Program-made: the position numbers and the translations under genes
Assembly (NCBI GenBank): GCA_013265495.1
Contig: MU058241.1
Location: forward strand, 62,001 to 126,000
Source: Vicugna vicugna
Lineage: Eukaryota
Length of the DNA stretch: 64,000 nucleotides
Reading direction: 5' to 3'
The notes under the pieces: generated by a model
The model's database searches: none
Told to the model about the DNA's origin: nothing
The model's input: only the letters and a program-made list of their open reading frames with translations
Part shown: in pieces, positions 51,590-63,539 of the stretch
Numbering within the stretch: position 1 is the stretch's first letter
Layout: every line of letters begins with the position of its first letter

Positions 51590-52060
51590 CTATGGCTTAG
51601 TCTCCAAGAACTGCCATAACAAAGCACCAAAATCTGGGTGGCTTAAAACAACAAGAATTTACTGCATCAAATTTCTGGAAACCAGAAGTCCGAAATCAAG
51701 GTTTTGGCAGGGCCACGCTCCACCTGAGGCTCCTAGGGGAGGATCCTTCCTTGCTTCTTCCAGTTTCCGTGGTTTGCTGGCAATCGTTGGCCTTCCTTGG
51801 CTGGGAGATAATCACTGCAGTCGCACAGACACACACTTCTCCTGTGTCTTCATGTCCTCTTCCCTTGGTGTGCATCTGTCTCTATGTTCAGATTTTCCCT
51901 TTTTATGAGGACACCAGTCATACTGCTCAGGATCCATTTTAATCACTTCAATTTAACTTGGCTACCTCAGTAAAGACCCTATTTTCAAATGTCATATTCT
52001 GAGGTACTGCGGGCTAGGACTTCAACCTTTTTTGGGGGAGAAAAAATTCAATCCATAATA
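51590..52060 (-). mobile_element. MLT1C-like LTR
   Basis: CTGCCATAACAAAGCACCAAAATCTGGGTGGCTTAAAACAACA..GGCTCCTAGGGGAGGATCCTTCCTTGC..ATTCAATCCATAA. Confidence 0.82.
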
Positions 52061-52866
52061 AGTTGAAAACATGATTTTCAAAAACCCAGTGGTAACTTCA
52101 TGTATATACTGCTTTGAAAATTGTTTCTTTTGGGTGAAAATAATCTTGGAGCGCTGCCAACATTAATGCATTCACTTGTTTCACCCCATATAATTGCTGC
52201 ACAGTTTCTATAGTGTGGACTTTAATGTATAGTCTTATAAACAAATACAAGTATCTCACTAGTGTGAACATCACGAATTTTAATTGTGGGGTCAAAGGCC
52301 CTGTGCATCTAAAACTTTCAGAGATGCTGCCAACTGCCCTTCAGAATCCCCCCCCACCTTGAATGATGGGGGCTCAAAGGTACCTCATCCACATACCTTC
52401 ACTGAGACTGGATACTACTCACTGGTTCACTCAATTTTTCCCAAACTGAAATGGTGTTTACTATATTTTTAATTTTACTGTTTGCTAGTTAGGTTGAATA
52501 TCTTTTCATGTCTTTGTCAGCTTTGCCTATTTCCTGTTCTGTAAAGTGGCAATTTGTATCCACTTCTTTTCAGTTTGTTCCACTGAGCTGTCAGTGGTTT
52601 TCCTACAAATTTGTGACAGTTCTTTAGATATTGAGCATATTAATCTTTGTTCTTTTTTTTGGTAGTGTTTTCCCTTACTGTCCTTTTAATTTTAAATTAA
52701 AAATATTTTAAGCATAGTAAAATCTGAAGATCTTTTCTCTGTGATTTCTGCTGTTGCTTTTATGCATAGCAGTTCTTTGCAAAGGTCTATATGGCTCTGT
52801 TGTCAACATCTAGCATTTTACTCTGTCTAGCTGAGTACTAACTCTGGTGGCCTCTGTTAACAAGAT

Positions 52867-53097
52867 CAGGGTTTGGCAAATTTTTTCTGAAAAGGGCCTG
52901 ATGGTAAATATTTCAGGTTTTCAGGGCCATATAGTCTCCATGGTAACTACTTCACTCTACTTCACTCTACTGTTATAGTTGGGATGCAACCAGAGACAAC
53001 ACCTAAATGAATGGGCATGTCTGTGTTCCAATCAAACATCATCATCATCATCATTATTTTAAAAAACAGGTGGCAGGCTGTAATTTGCCAACCCCTG
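52867..53097 (-). mobile_element. MER58A-like MITE with internal (CAT)n and 10-bp duplication
   Basis: TIRs CAGGGTTTGGCAAAT / ATTTGCCAACCCCTG; TACTTCACTC x2; (CAT)n at about 53037-53054. Confidence 0.85.
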
Positions 53098-54332
53098 GAC
53101 TAGACAATTGCCAAATCTCCCATTCAGACAGGCTATTTAGGTACACCCGTGTCCTTTAGAGAGAAGCTGTAAACACGCAGTCTAACTGTCATTACAAAAT
53201 CAAATGGACCACAATCAATTAATGGCTTATTTTAAAATAGTTTTTTTGCATACATGAACTCAAGAAATAATGGGTTATGTGACTGCAAGTAAGCCCTGCC
53301 TCCTTCTAGGCGTTTGGGTCTGAGATTCCTTTATTTGTTGAGACAAGTGGATCCCTGAAGTTGCAAGGGGCCTTACTCATGCCTCGAACTTGCTGTGAAA
53401 TTCTGTTTTTCACAAAGAAAAATAAGTACTGATACGGTTCTTCTGCTGACTTAGGAAGACCGGTAGCTTCAGATAAATAGGATTAGCTGTTGTTCTAGGA
53501 AACAAACATACCGGTGACACAATTAATGGGAAGGCTGTTATGAAACAAATGCACCCTCTTAAAAAAAGTTGGATCTGCTCACTGAATGGCTACAAAGCAA
53601 CTAGACAGCATGAGTACATCTCCGGCTGGTATTTATGTCAGACCCTGGTCCACCCAAGTGCTTCTTGGCCTGTGCACAGCCAGTGGTGGTGAGGTCTGGG
53701 AACCTCCAGGGTAAGTATCATCTGGCATACTGGTTACACATGCAGATCACTGCTTTTGCAGTTTCTGGCTCCCTCCTGGCTAGAGCAGGAGTACCATGCA
53801 GTCTGTCGAATGAATGAGTAAATTCCACGTTAGTCTCCTGAATGAAACTCTTTGGGGAGTGGTGCCTGCGAATCTGCACTGAGATGAGAACCCTCTGTCA
53901 TCCTTCTGAGGTATTCTTACCATTTGACAGACCCTCATATAAGCTCATATGTCCTAAGATTAACTTGTAGGGAGTCTATAATCAATTGTAGGAGTTGTTC
54001 ATGCAACTTACCCACTTTATGTCCAGGGCAAAGAACACTGGGGATATTTACACCTGATTGTAGGAAATGACTCAACAGAAAAAGAGACTTTACGTTTTCA
54101 ACAAAAGTCCATCTTCCTGGCTTGGCTGTTACAACCATATCGAAATTCTGTCTGTAAAATGTTCTCATGGTTACTAAGATCAGGATTGTTACTAAAATTA
54201 ATTCTGATACTTTTATCTTTATTTTACTCCTAATTTCTCTTGGCAATATTAACCTCGTTATTCTAGCAAAAATACAACAAAATAAATACAAAACAATCAA
54301 GCAAAAATAAACATTTTTTAATTGGCAATTTT

Positions 54333-54449
54333 GTTTTTTTTTGGGGGGTGATTAGGTTTATTTATTTTTATTTATTTTTTAACAGAGGTACTAGGGATTG
54401 AACCCAGGACACCATGTATGCTAAGCACACTGAGCTATAACCTCCCTCC
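54333..54449 (-). mobile_element. tRNA-Ala-derived SINE (vic-1-like), internally deleted
   Basis: GGGGGGTGATTAGGTTTATT tail, GGATTGAACCCAGGAC B box, 11-bp TSD TTGGCAATTTT (54322-54332, 54450-54460). Confidence 0.88.
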
Positions 54450-55682
54450 TTGGCAATTTTTTTTAAAGAAAAATTTGCACCATTATCTGTGATAGCACCA
54501 GAATTACAAGGAGAAAATGAATTTTGTGTGTCAATTGTTTTTCTGTTGCATGACTCTTTTGATCATATTTTCTTAGTAGTATCGCTTCAAAGGGAAATAA
54601 TATTGCTTGCATGTTTAACACCGCTTCTTGTAAATTAAATTGGCCTAGAGTTGTTTAAGTATTTAGAGACTCTGTTATAACACAACGCGTTTTCTTAACT
54701 ACGTGTGTGTACATCTGTGTTCCTAACTGGGCTCTCAGCTGTTGGAGGGCAGCTCATGTCTTATTTGTCTTTCTGGAGCCATGCCTCCCATGGTATCTAC
54801 CCCTTAATACACATCCTCTGAAGGCTTGATGTTTGTGTGGAGGAAGGAACATCTTCATGGAAAATTCCGGCTGATCTGCACATTAGTTACCTTTGTGTTT
54901 GTTCTACTTAAAGATGAGATGAACATTTTGACTCGTTACCTATTCTACATCTTAAAAAAAAATCCAGATGCCAGAACCTGTCTATCTTTCACACAACCTG
55001 CATTTCCACACGTACAGTAACACCCCCACATCTGCCTACATCAAACTTGGGTGTTTGAATGCCAGCTGATGAGAGCTGATTTTGAACACTCTTGCTTTAA
55101 AACCATATTTTTCTTGACAGCGTTCACTTTTTTGGTTCTCAATAGTTTGATTTCTCTTTCAATTCTGATGGGCTAACAGCCTCAGAGATGTTTTGTTTGC
55201 ACCATTATTTACAGAAGGGGAAGAAACGATCAGATCTTATTTACAATTTCTGTCTGATAAAGACTGCTGTGCCCTAAAAGAAGCAAACAATAAAAACCTA
55301 GACGTACAAAACACTGAGTCTTAAAGTCATCACACTAAATAAAACCAAAACAGCTCAGTTCTGGACTGTTGACACAGGGCACAGCCAGCTGCAGGTGCCT
55401 TTGTCAAGGACAGAGGTAAGGCCTTGACTTCCTGGTGAATTTTTCCAGTGAGCCTGTAAAATAATTTTCAAAAGTCAAGTCCTTTAAATTTCCTGTTTAA
55501 CTTTCTACAAACCTTCTGGCTCATCTGTTGCACAATTACCAACAGCAGATCTCTTTTCCAAACAATAATACCTCCATTTTCTTGATAAAATCTTGCTCTA
55601 AGTAAGTTGATGGTACGACAGTCTTTTTTTTTTTTTTCCTGGAGTAAATTTTTTTCTGCTTTACCTTTTTTTCTTGTTTGCT

Positions 55683-56035
55683 TATTGAGGTACAATTTAC
55701 AGGTAGTAAATTCATTCAAGTGTGTAGTTCAGGAATCTTCACACTATACATAGCTTGTGGGTCCACTCTAGCCCACTGCTTGTTTTTCTAAATAAAGTTT
55801 TATTGGAACACAGCCACTCCCATTCATTTACATATTGTCTATGGATGCTTTCATGCTACAATGGCAGACTTCAGTAGTTGTGACAGTTTCGGTCTGTAAA
55901 GTCAAAAATATTTGTTCTCTAGACCTTTACATAAAGTTTACCATCTTGGCTACAGTTCTATGAATTTTGACCAATTTAACAGTCATGTAACTACAACCAC
56001 AATCAAGATATAAAAAAATTTCCACTGTCCTTAAA
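55683..56035 (-). mobile_element. L1M 3' fragment interrupted by MER58A
   Basis: TTATTGAGGTACAATTTACA..AAGTGTGTAGTTC | insert | TACAGTTCTATGAATTTTGAC..CACAATCAAGATATA. Confidence 0.7.
55730..55949 (+). mobile_element. MER58A-like MITE
   Basis: AAATAAAGTTTTATTGGAACACAGCCACTCCCATTCATTTACATATTGTCTATGG..GCTACAATGGCAGA. Confidence 0.85.
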
Positions 56036-56147
56036 AATTGAGGAAGCTACAATTTGAGGTAAGAAATGATTTTAGAGAAGTAAAGTTTTACTCTATATTT
56101 AACACTGACTTTAGGTTTTTACCATATAAAATCATTACGCATACAAG

Positions 56148-56692
56148 ATGTATTGGACTATGTGGTTTGCCTTTCCAGCTGTGATTTCCCACTTCTCTGC
56201 CCGACAGAACCCTGATTTCCTGTTGAGGAATTTAGCCTTCCACCGTTTTTGCGTCAGATCAGTGGGTGGGCTGGATCCCAGCTGAAGCTCCTCTGTGCTT
56301 GCTGGTCCAGTGATGCATTCAGAGATTGGCATATATGACAGAGTCAATGAGATGCAAGGCTCCTGGGAAAGGAAAGCCGTACCTGCCCTTAGGTGCTGCC
56401 AGAAAACATCCTTTGCTGCTGGGCTTGAATGAGGAAGCATCCTGAATGCCTGACACCCACTGGGGCCCATGTCGGAGGTTTGGTGAGGAAGCGAAACTCA
56501 GGCTGACTGGGCAGAGCTGGGAATTGAAGAGAAAAACCAGATTCTGGTTCTGCTGATTTTTTTGAGCCCAGATTCAAGACCTGCCTCTCACTAGCCTTAC
56601 TGCCGCACTGCTCCCGTAAATTCCCTTGAGTGTGGAAGTTGGTTGGAAAAGAGTTCTCTGTTATTTGTAACTAAATGAGCTCTAACCAATGC
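56148..56692 (+). mobile_element. Old MLT1 (K/L-like) LTR
   Basis: ACAGAACCCTGATTT, CCAGTGATGCATTCAGAGATTGGCATATATGAC, end CTGTTATTTGTAACTAAATGAGCTCTAACCAATG. Confidence 0.55.
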
Positions 56693-58244
56693 CCATTATG
56701 TAACACTCAGGGAATTTAAAAACACCTGATACATCTATGGTATAGGTGAGGATTTTATACTACTACTTAGCTTTCTGGGAACAGGACCTGACATGTAATT
56801 TCTTCTATTTTTCTTTTGGCCTTGTAATTTCTAATCTGTTAATCAAATTCTCATTCTTTCCTTGACCTAACATTTATTGGGGAACTGCAATGAGGCAGGA
56901 GACTGCATGGTGACCCAAATGGACAGTCTTTATTTTGGAGACGTGCTTGTTCCAGTGGGTTTACAGCCCTAAGCCCCAAATGAGAACTAGAGTCAGGTAG
57001 CCCTGAGAGCCATGAAGAAAGCTGGAAGAGGGGATGCAGGAGTTAGTAGAGATGGCCAGGTCTCCCGGAGAGGGCAATATCTGAGCAGAACACTGAGTAA
57101 AGGGCTGGTGCCTGCTTGCAGCTGGAGGGAGGAAGCATGCTCAAGGCAGAGAACAGCAAGTGCCAGGCCCCGGATAGGAGTGTGTCGGTCTGGTGGACAA
57201 ACAGGCAGGCATGGCTGGTGGGTGGGTGGAAGAAGAGTTGAAGATAAGAACAGAGAGTCATTCTTAGTGTTCAGGGCTAATGGCTCAATGTGGAACCACT
57301 AATAGCAAAACAAGCATCTGGAAATGAATATTTAAGGAAAAAAATGTCTTAACCAAAGGGCAATCAATGTCTTGTGGATTAATCTAAGGCACTGTGGCAA
57401 GCCAAGGGATCTCTTTTTGAGAAGGGCGAGCTTCAGGCACCCCTCAAGTCGAGTGACAGGTTTATTAGTGGGGCAAGCTGGGGTGGGCTTCCCAAGGGTA
57501 AGGATGCATGGCCTATGCAGGGGTGTCTGTTGTAACTCCTCCTGTTCCCTGCGGCCATGCAGTTCACGACAGAAGGGAGACCGAGAATTTCCTACAGTCC
57601 TGTCTTCCCCCGAGCCATATGCCACCCAAGCAGTCACATGTCTGGCCTCTCGTGTGAACTATCAGTTGTTTGCTTTGATATCTTCTGAAAACACTGCATG
57701 AAAGATGTGCAAAGTACCAGGTCCTGTTTCACTGTAAATGCAACAAAACACACTGACAGTCAGGTCCCTGGCTTTGTGCAGAAAACTTGCAGAGCTGTTT
57801 CAAGCCTGATGAATAGGAGCTCTAAGAGAATGCCTGCCATGAAGCCCAAGGGGGAAAATTTACATTTTGGAGTCTCTAAGAGTTCGCACCAAAGTCACAC
57901 AACCTTGCTATTCATTGTTTGAAATGTAATCAACAAAAAAGACTCTGAGTCCAAATGTCCCACTGTTCGTGTGCTTAAGTGAGTGCCTTTTCTGGCCAAG
58001 GGTCCAAGAAAGTGATGCAACCTCCACTCTCATGGGAGAGGCAGACAAAAACAAGCCAATAGTTTCTGTGTACCTGTTGGGAAACAGGTAGCCCAAAGAG
58101 ATGCAAAGAGGGCACCTCAGTCCCTAGTCCTGTGTGGGGAGACTGGGGGGCGGTAAGACGGGGGGTCGTGGAAAACTGGCAGCAGAGGAGCTGTCTGAAT
58201 GAGGTTTTAAAAATTAAGAAAAAATAATGCTATCAGAAAATGTA

Positions 58245-58945
58245 TCCTTCTAAAATCTACAACTCAGTAGTTTTTAGTATACAGTTGGCCCTTGAACAAC
58301 ATAGGTTGAGCTGCATAGGTCCACTTATACAAGGACACTTGTCAATAATAAGCACTCGAACCATGGTTGGTTGACTCCTTGGATGCAGAAGCACATACAT
58401 GGATGGATGACTGTAAAGTGATAAACGTGGTTTTCGACTGTGCAGGGTGGGGACGGGGGGATCTGGTGCCCCAACCCGTGTGTTGTTCAAGGGTCACCTG
58501 TGTCTACAATGTTGTGTGACTATCAGTACTGTCAAACTCAAAACATTTTCATTGCCCTCAAAAAGAAACTCAGTATCCACTAGCACTCACTTCCCGTTTC
58601 CCTCTGCCTCCAGCCCCTGGCAACCACTAAGATACTTTGTCCCTAGATTTGCCTATTCTGAGTATTTCATATAAAAGGAATCATACAATATGTGGCCTCT
58701 GTGTCTGGTGTATTTCCTAAGCACGTTCTGAAGGTTCATCCATGTAGCCACATGAATCGGTATCTTACTACTTTTTACGGCTGAATAATGTTCCACTGGA
58801 TGGATATGCCACATTTTATCTATTCATTGGCTCATGGACATTTGGACATTTTGGCTGCTATGAACATTCATTTGTGTATGAGTTTTTGTGTGGACATATG
58901 CTTTCAGGTTTCCTGGGTAGATACCAAGAAGTAGAATTGCTTGGC
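58245..58945 (-). mobile_element. L1MB-like 3' fragment interrupted by a Tigger MITE
   Basis: CAACTCAGTAGTTTTTAGTATA | insert | ..AACATTTTCATTGCCCTCAAAAAGAAAC..CCCCTGGCAACCACTAA..GGAATCATACAATATGTGGCC. Confidence 0.85.
58282..58500. mobile_element. Tigger2-family MITE
   Basis: TIRs CAGTTGGCCCTTGAACAAC / GTTGTTCAAGGGTCACCTG; preceded by TA. Confidence 0.88.
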
Positions 58946-60439
58946 TGAAAGGAGGTTTGAAATTGAATGAGGCTGGGCATTTATTTAAAGGAAAATATCT
59001 GGTCCAGAGAGAGAGGGAGAGAGAGGAAGGGGGTGTCTGTGTGACTAAGATTTTGCTTTCAGTTCACTCCTTAGAATGGAGATAAATATGACTATTTATG
59101 GAAAGTTTTTTACTCCAAGAGTAAAGAATTTTACAGCTGCTACCAAGTGACAAGTCATGGGTCAACCTGACACGCAGCACCCCAAACAGCATTAGCTGGG
59201 CTGGCTCTTGGACTTCATGGGGTTTACTTTCCTATGGAGCCCGCATGGCTCTGTGGAAGTGTGAGAAAAGTCTTTCTGAGGAAGACACAAGCCTGATGTT
59301 CTGCTCTGCTTTCCCTCCAGCCATGTGTAAGTATGTCAGACCACTCCATGTCCAATGGCACCAAACTTCCCCATGAAGCTGTAGGAGTGAGGAGATTATC
59401 TGCAACCATTTATTTAGAGTAGAGGGGCAAGTTCTGAAGAAATTGTCAGCCTCCTATCTTTTTCTCATTACTGTAAATCAGAGACTCATTTCCTCTCATT
59501 CTGCAGGGTTGACGAAACCAAGCAAATAGAATAACATTTTGTGGGGCCAACCCCGTTTGGGGCGATCATCTGGCTGGAAGGAGAGAAGTACCGAACGAGC
59601 CGAGAAGGAGTTCCTCGCTAATGTGTCTGACTTGGCAGCGTTTGCCTACTCCGCACTTCGGTCACAGCGAGGACTCCTGTACACGGCTGCCGTCATTTAG
59701 GACTCGCCTGTGGACTCACACTTTTCTCATCCTCTGTTCTCATAATTTATGAGTGAAAGAATAAGCACACCGATTAATCAACTGTCATTTGGAAACTCGC
59801 AAACAAGGGCTTTACCGTGAATCTTCAAAAACTGGATCTAGCATGTTGTGACAGTTCTCATGCTTCTCATCACATTTAGGGGAATCTTGTCTTTCTTTCT
59901 TGATTACTTCTGATCCCTCTGCCGGTACAGTGATGGGACCGCAATGGTATGAATTCATCTCTCTTGTGTGGGATTGTGGGAGTGAGTGCCATTAAGAGAA
60001 TGCTACACCACAGACACCATGTAGCAACAGCTGCATGGATGGAAAATTCCAGAGTCTTTTTTGTTGCGATGTTTTCCATTTTTATATGTGCAAGGAAATG
60101 TGTGCTTAACTGAACTCAGCTGTTTGAAAATTCACAGACAGTATAATACCTGTCTTTGCCATTTAGGCAATTTTAAGTAATAGCAGAAAAGATGTGCTTG
60201 GCTTAAAAGGATTTTGTGAAATATATATTTTGTGATCAGTACTGTGCCAAAACAGGGATGTTTAAAAAGTGGACGGTTTAAGTTCTGGTTGATAAAATAG
60301 ATGTATGTGTCTGAAACAATACGAAGTTTTGGGGTTTTTTTAATGATGAGAAAATGAAAGATCGCTGTAGGATACTGTTAAGTTCTGAGCTGTATTTTTG
60401 AGGATAGAGCTTTTTAAAAAATATGGGAGAATACATACA

Positions 60440-61020
60440 GAAAAACTTATGTTTCAGGGTACAGGTCACTGACTTTTTACAACTGAGCATGCTCATCTAA
60501 TCAGCACCCAGGTCAAGAAAAGAACACTCCTGGCACTCTGGAACTCGGTCTGCCCCGTCCCCTTCTGTCACTCCCTACCCGTACTTCTCTGAACAGCATT
60601 AATGAACAGTGCTCACTTCTGTACTTTCTATATAGACGCAAAATGCACGAAGCATCTATCAGACAGGGCACAGTGATGCTGTTGTGTCTGGATGCTGCGT
60701 GTCAGACACATGGCTGTTGCTGCATGCAGTTCAGATAGTCTGTTTTCACTGCTGTGTAGTATTCCATGGTATAAATATACTCCATTTACCCATTCCATTG
60801 CTTTTGGGCTTTGTGGTGTTTCCAGCTTTATGGAGTTTTGAACAATGCTGCTGTGGATGTTAAAATGCCTATCTTTTGGTGAAAATATGTACTTGTTTTT
60901 GTTGGGTACATATTTACTTAGGAGTAGGAGGGTTAGTTTTAGGAGATTATCTAGAGACCTGTTTCCCAAGTGGATGTGTTAGTTCACACTCCCACCAGCA
61001 GGGGCAAGGTTCCAGTCACT
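60440..61020 (-). mobile_element. L1MC/ME-like fragment
   Basis: CAGCACCCAGGTCAAGAAAAGAACA, TTTTCACTGCTGTGTAGTATTCCATGG, TTCACACTCCCACCAGCA. Confidence 0.7.
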
Positions 61021-61699
61021 CCCCAGCCTCGCCCTGCACAGAGAGTTTAATGGGTGCTCAGTTAGGGAGACATGGAGAAAGCCAGGGAAGTCGGACTAGA
61101 CACAGAGTTTATGCACAGGAACTGATTAGATATGCTGGGGACCAGTGAGAAGTCAGGCGGCCAGGTAATGGGAGGAGGGTGGGGCAGGTGCTGGCTGCTG
61201 CCTCCTTGACAGCCTATAGAGTTTGGACTTGCTCCCGAAGCAGATGCTGGTGGTATACAGCCCGCCTGCTCACTGGGCATCTTACACAGGGCCTCTGAGG
61301 GCTTGTTGTGTTCCAGTTAGAACTCCCCTGTGAATTAAACATGACTTCCATACCAGGCAGCCCTTTGCTGCCTGTTTCACCCCAAAGGTGGGCGCCAGTG
61401 GTCCCTGCTGTAGAATGGAAGCCTCCTCCTCTGACTTGATGGGAACTTGGGTTGGAGACCTGGGGTGGGCTTTCTCCTTTGCTCTTTCTTGTCTCACTTC
61501 TCACGTTAGGAGCTAATCACAAGGAACTCCAGAAAACAGTAGAACAGGGGTTCCCTAGCAGGTTTTCAAGATAGTTTGAGATTCTTGAGTCTTGAGTTTC
61601 CTGCTATTTCTCTTTGGCAAATGTGATAATTTTCAGCCTGACTTAAATTAGTAGCTTGAGTGCTCCCATATCTCAACTCTCTATGGGAAATGGTTCTGG

Positions 61700-61932
61700 A
61701 GCAATGCTGCACAATACCATAGCTTCTAGCCACTTGCGGGTATTTTAAATTTAAATTAATTAAAGTAAATAACAACCATTAATAATAAACTAATTAAAAT
61801 GAAATCAAAGTGAAAATCCAATTCCTTGTCACACTAGCCACAATTTCCAGTGCTCAGTAACCACAGGTGGCTAGTGGTGACTGTGCCAGACAGCACAGAA
61901 CATCACTGCAGAGCGTTCTAGTGGGCAGTGGA
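61700..61932. mobile_element. MER3-like hAT MITE
   Basis: CTAGCCACTTGCGGGTATTTTAAATTTAAATTAATTAAA..GTCACACTAGCCACA..GTGCTCAGTAACCACAGGTGGCTAGTGG. Confidence 0.8.
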
Positions 61933-62012
61933 TGAGATGACAAAATCGTAAAGGAAGTCGTGAGGAATGCCTTAAAAATATACATGTGCTATTAAATGCT
62001 GGGTTTGGTGGT

Positions 62013-62110
62013 TACTATAAAAACGTTCAGTCTTTGATCAAAGTTGCATTGCTATAGCAAATACTATAAAAATGTTTCGTTCTTGATCAAAGCTGCATTA
62101 CTATAGCAAC
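62013..62110. repeat. 49-bp tandem duplication (2 copies, 41/49 identical)
   Basis: TACTATAAAAACGTTCAGTCTTTGATCAAAGTTGCATTGCTATAGCAAA vs TACTATAAAAATGTTTCGTTCTTGATCAAAGCTGCATTACTATAGCAAC. Confidence 0.92.
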
Positions 62111-63062
62111 ATTATTTGTTCCTGGGATTTTAGAAAATTTCTGTCATGTCTCATAGATGTTTCCTGCATTTTGTTTCACACATTATTATTATTTTCTTTT
62201 TTCCTGGCTGTGAAATAAAATCTGGGTGGTTAGGCATTTCCCACAAAGTCGAAAGTCATCACAGCTTACTACTACATGTTGATTTACTATTCATGTGTGA
62301 ACAAATAACTTGCCCAGAAAAATGCTGTCTGTAGCTGAGGCATCCCGGCCCCGTCTGCAGCTGGGGGTAGGATGAGGTCAGCGGCAGGCCTGGCCACTCC
62401 CGTCTGAGGGCCTGCTGCCCAAAACCTCCAGTCAGTCTGGGACAGGAATAACTCACGGAGGATCGAACAAGACCCTTTTGATCAGGAAAATATTATTTTT
62501 GCATGCGCTGGGGGTTTTTGCATGTTGCTGAAAAACAACCATATATTCTGCTCTTCAACATATTTTCTTTATCAGAATAAAACAAACTTCAGATCAACAA
62601 AAATTATGACTCAAACAGAATCCCCTCTTCCTTCTCAGGTACAGAATTTATTCCTTTCTGGTTCAGCATAAAATGAGAACAAGGTCCCAATGACAGACTA
62701 GTTGTATCATACATGTTTTGGCCATTCATTCATCCAAAAATATTTGAGTACTTATTACTCACTAAACACTAAACTTGACGGACTTATTTAAATTTGGGGA
62801 TGCAGTGGTTACTCAAACTGGTCTGTCCCCTGTTCTCATGGCCCTTATAATATAGAAGGGGAAACCAGTGTTTCAAAAATGCAATAACTAAACAGTTACA
62901 AGACAATGTGACATAACTGGCAAAGACTGAACTGATGGTTAGGGAAATGGAAGTCAAATGGGCCAAAATATTTTGACTTTGCCCAAGAGTCTTAGAAAAA
63001 GTAGTGATGTGAGATAAAAGAGCATAGGCTTTGGAGTCAAAATGTCTGGATTTACTTCCTGG

Positions 63063-63539
63063 TTTATCAGGTATCTACTGCTGCATAACAAATCACCCCC
63101 TAGCAGCTTAAAACAATGAATCTCATTGTTTCTGGGAGTAGGAATTTGGGAGCAACCTAGCTGGGTGGTTCTAACACGGGGTCTCTCATGAGATTGCAGT
63201 TAAGATTCCAACCCTGGCTGAAGTTATCTGCAGCCTTAGTTGAGGCTGGAGGATCTGCCTTCAAGATGGCTCTGGCTCTGTTCTCTGGCTTTTGGCCAAA
63301 AGCGTCATCCTCACCAAGTGGCCATGTTGAGTGTCTTCACAACACGGCAGTTGACTTACCCAGAGTGACAGAGCCAAGAGAGAGCAAGATGGAAGCCACA
63401 CTGCCTCATATGACTGAGCCCTGAAAGTCACATACCATCACATTGCCCTTAAACTATTGGTTGGAAGGAAGCCACACACTCAAGTTTGAAGGGAGAACTA
63501 TAAAAGAATCTGTGAACATGTTTTAATAAAGCCATGGCA
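63063..63539 (-). mobile_element. MLT1F-like LTR inserted into a MIR
   Basis: TGCTGCATAACAAATCACCCC..GCTTAAAACAA..GGCTGGAGGATCTGCCTTCAAGATGGCTC; MIR-like flanks GGCTTTGGAGTCAAA (left) and GCTGCTCAGAGGATTAAGTGAGATA (right). Confidence 0.78.

Noticed and set aside
62013..62110. CRISPR-like repeat array
   Set aside because: Only two head-to-tail units with no unique spacers and no cas genes, in a mammalian genome.
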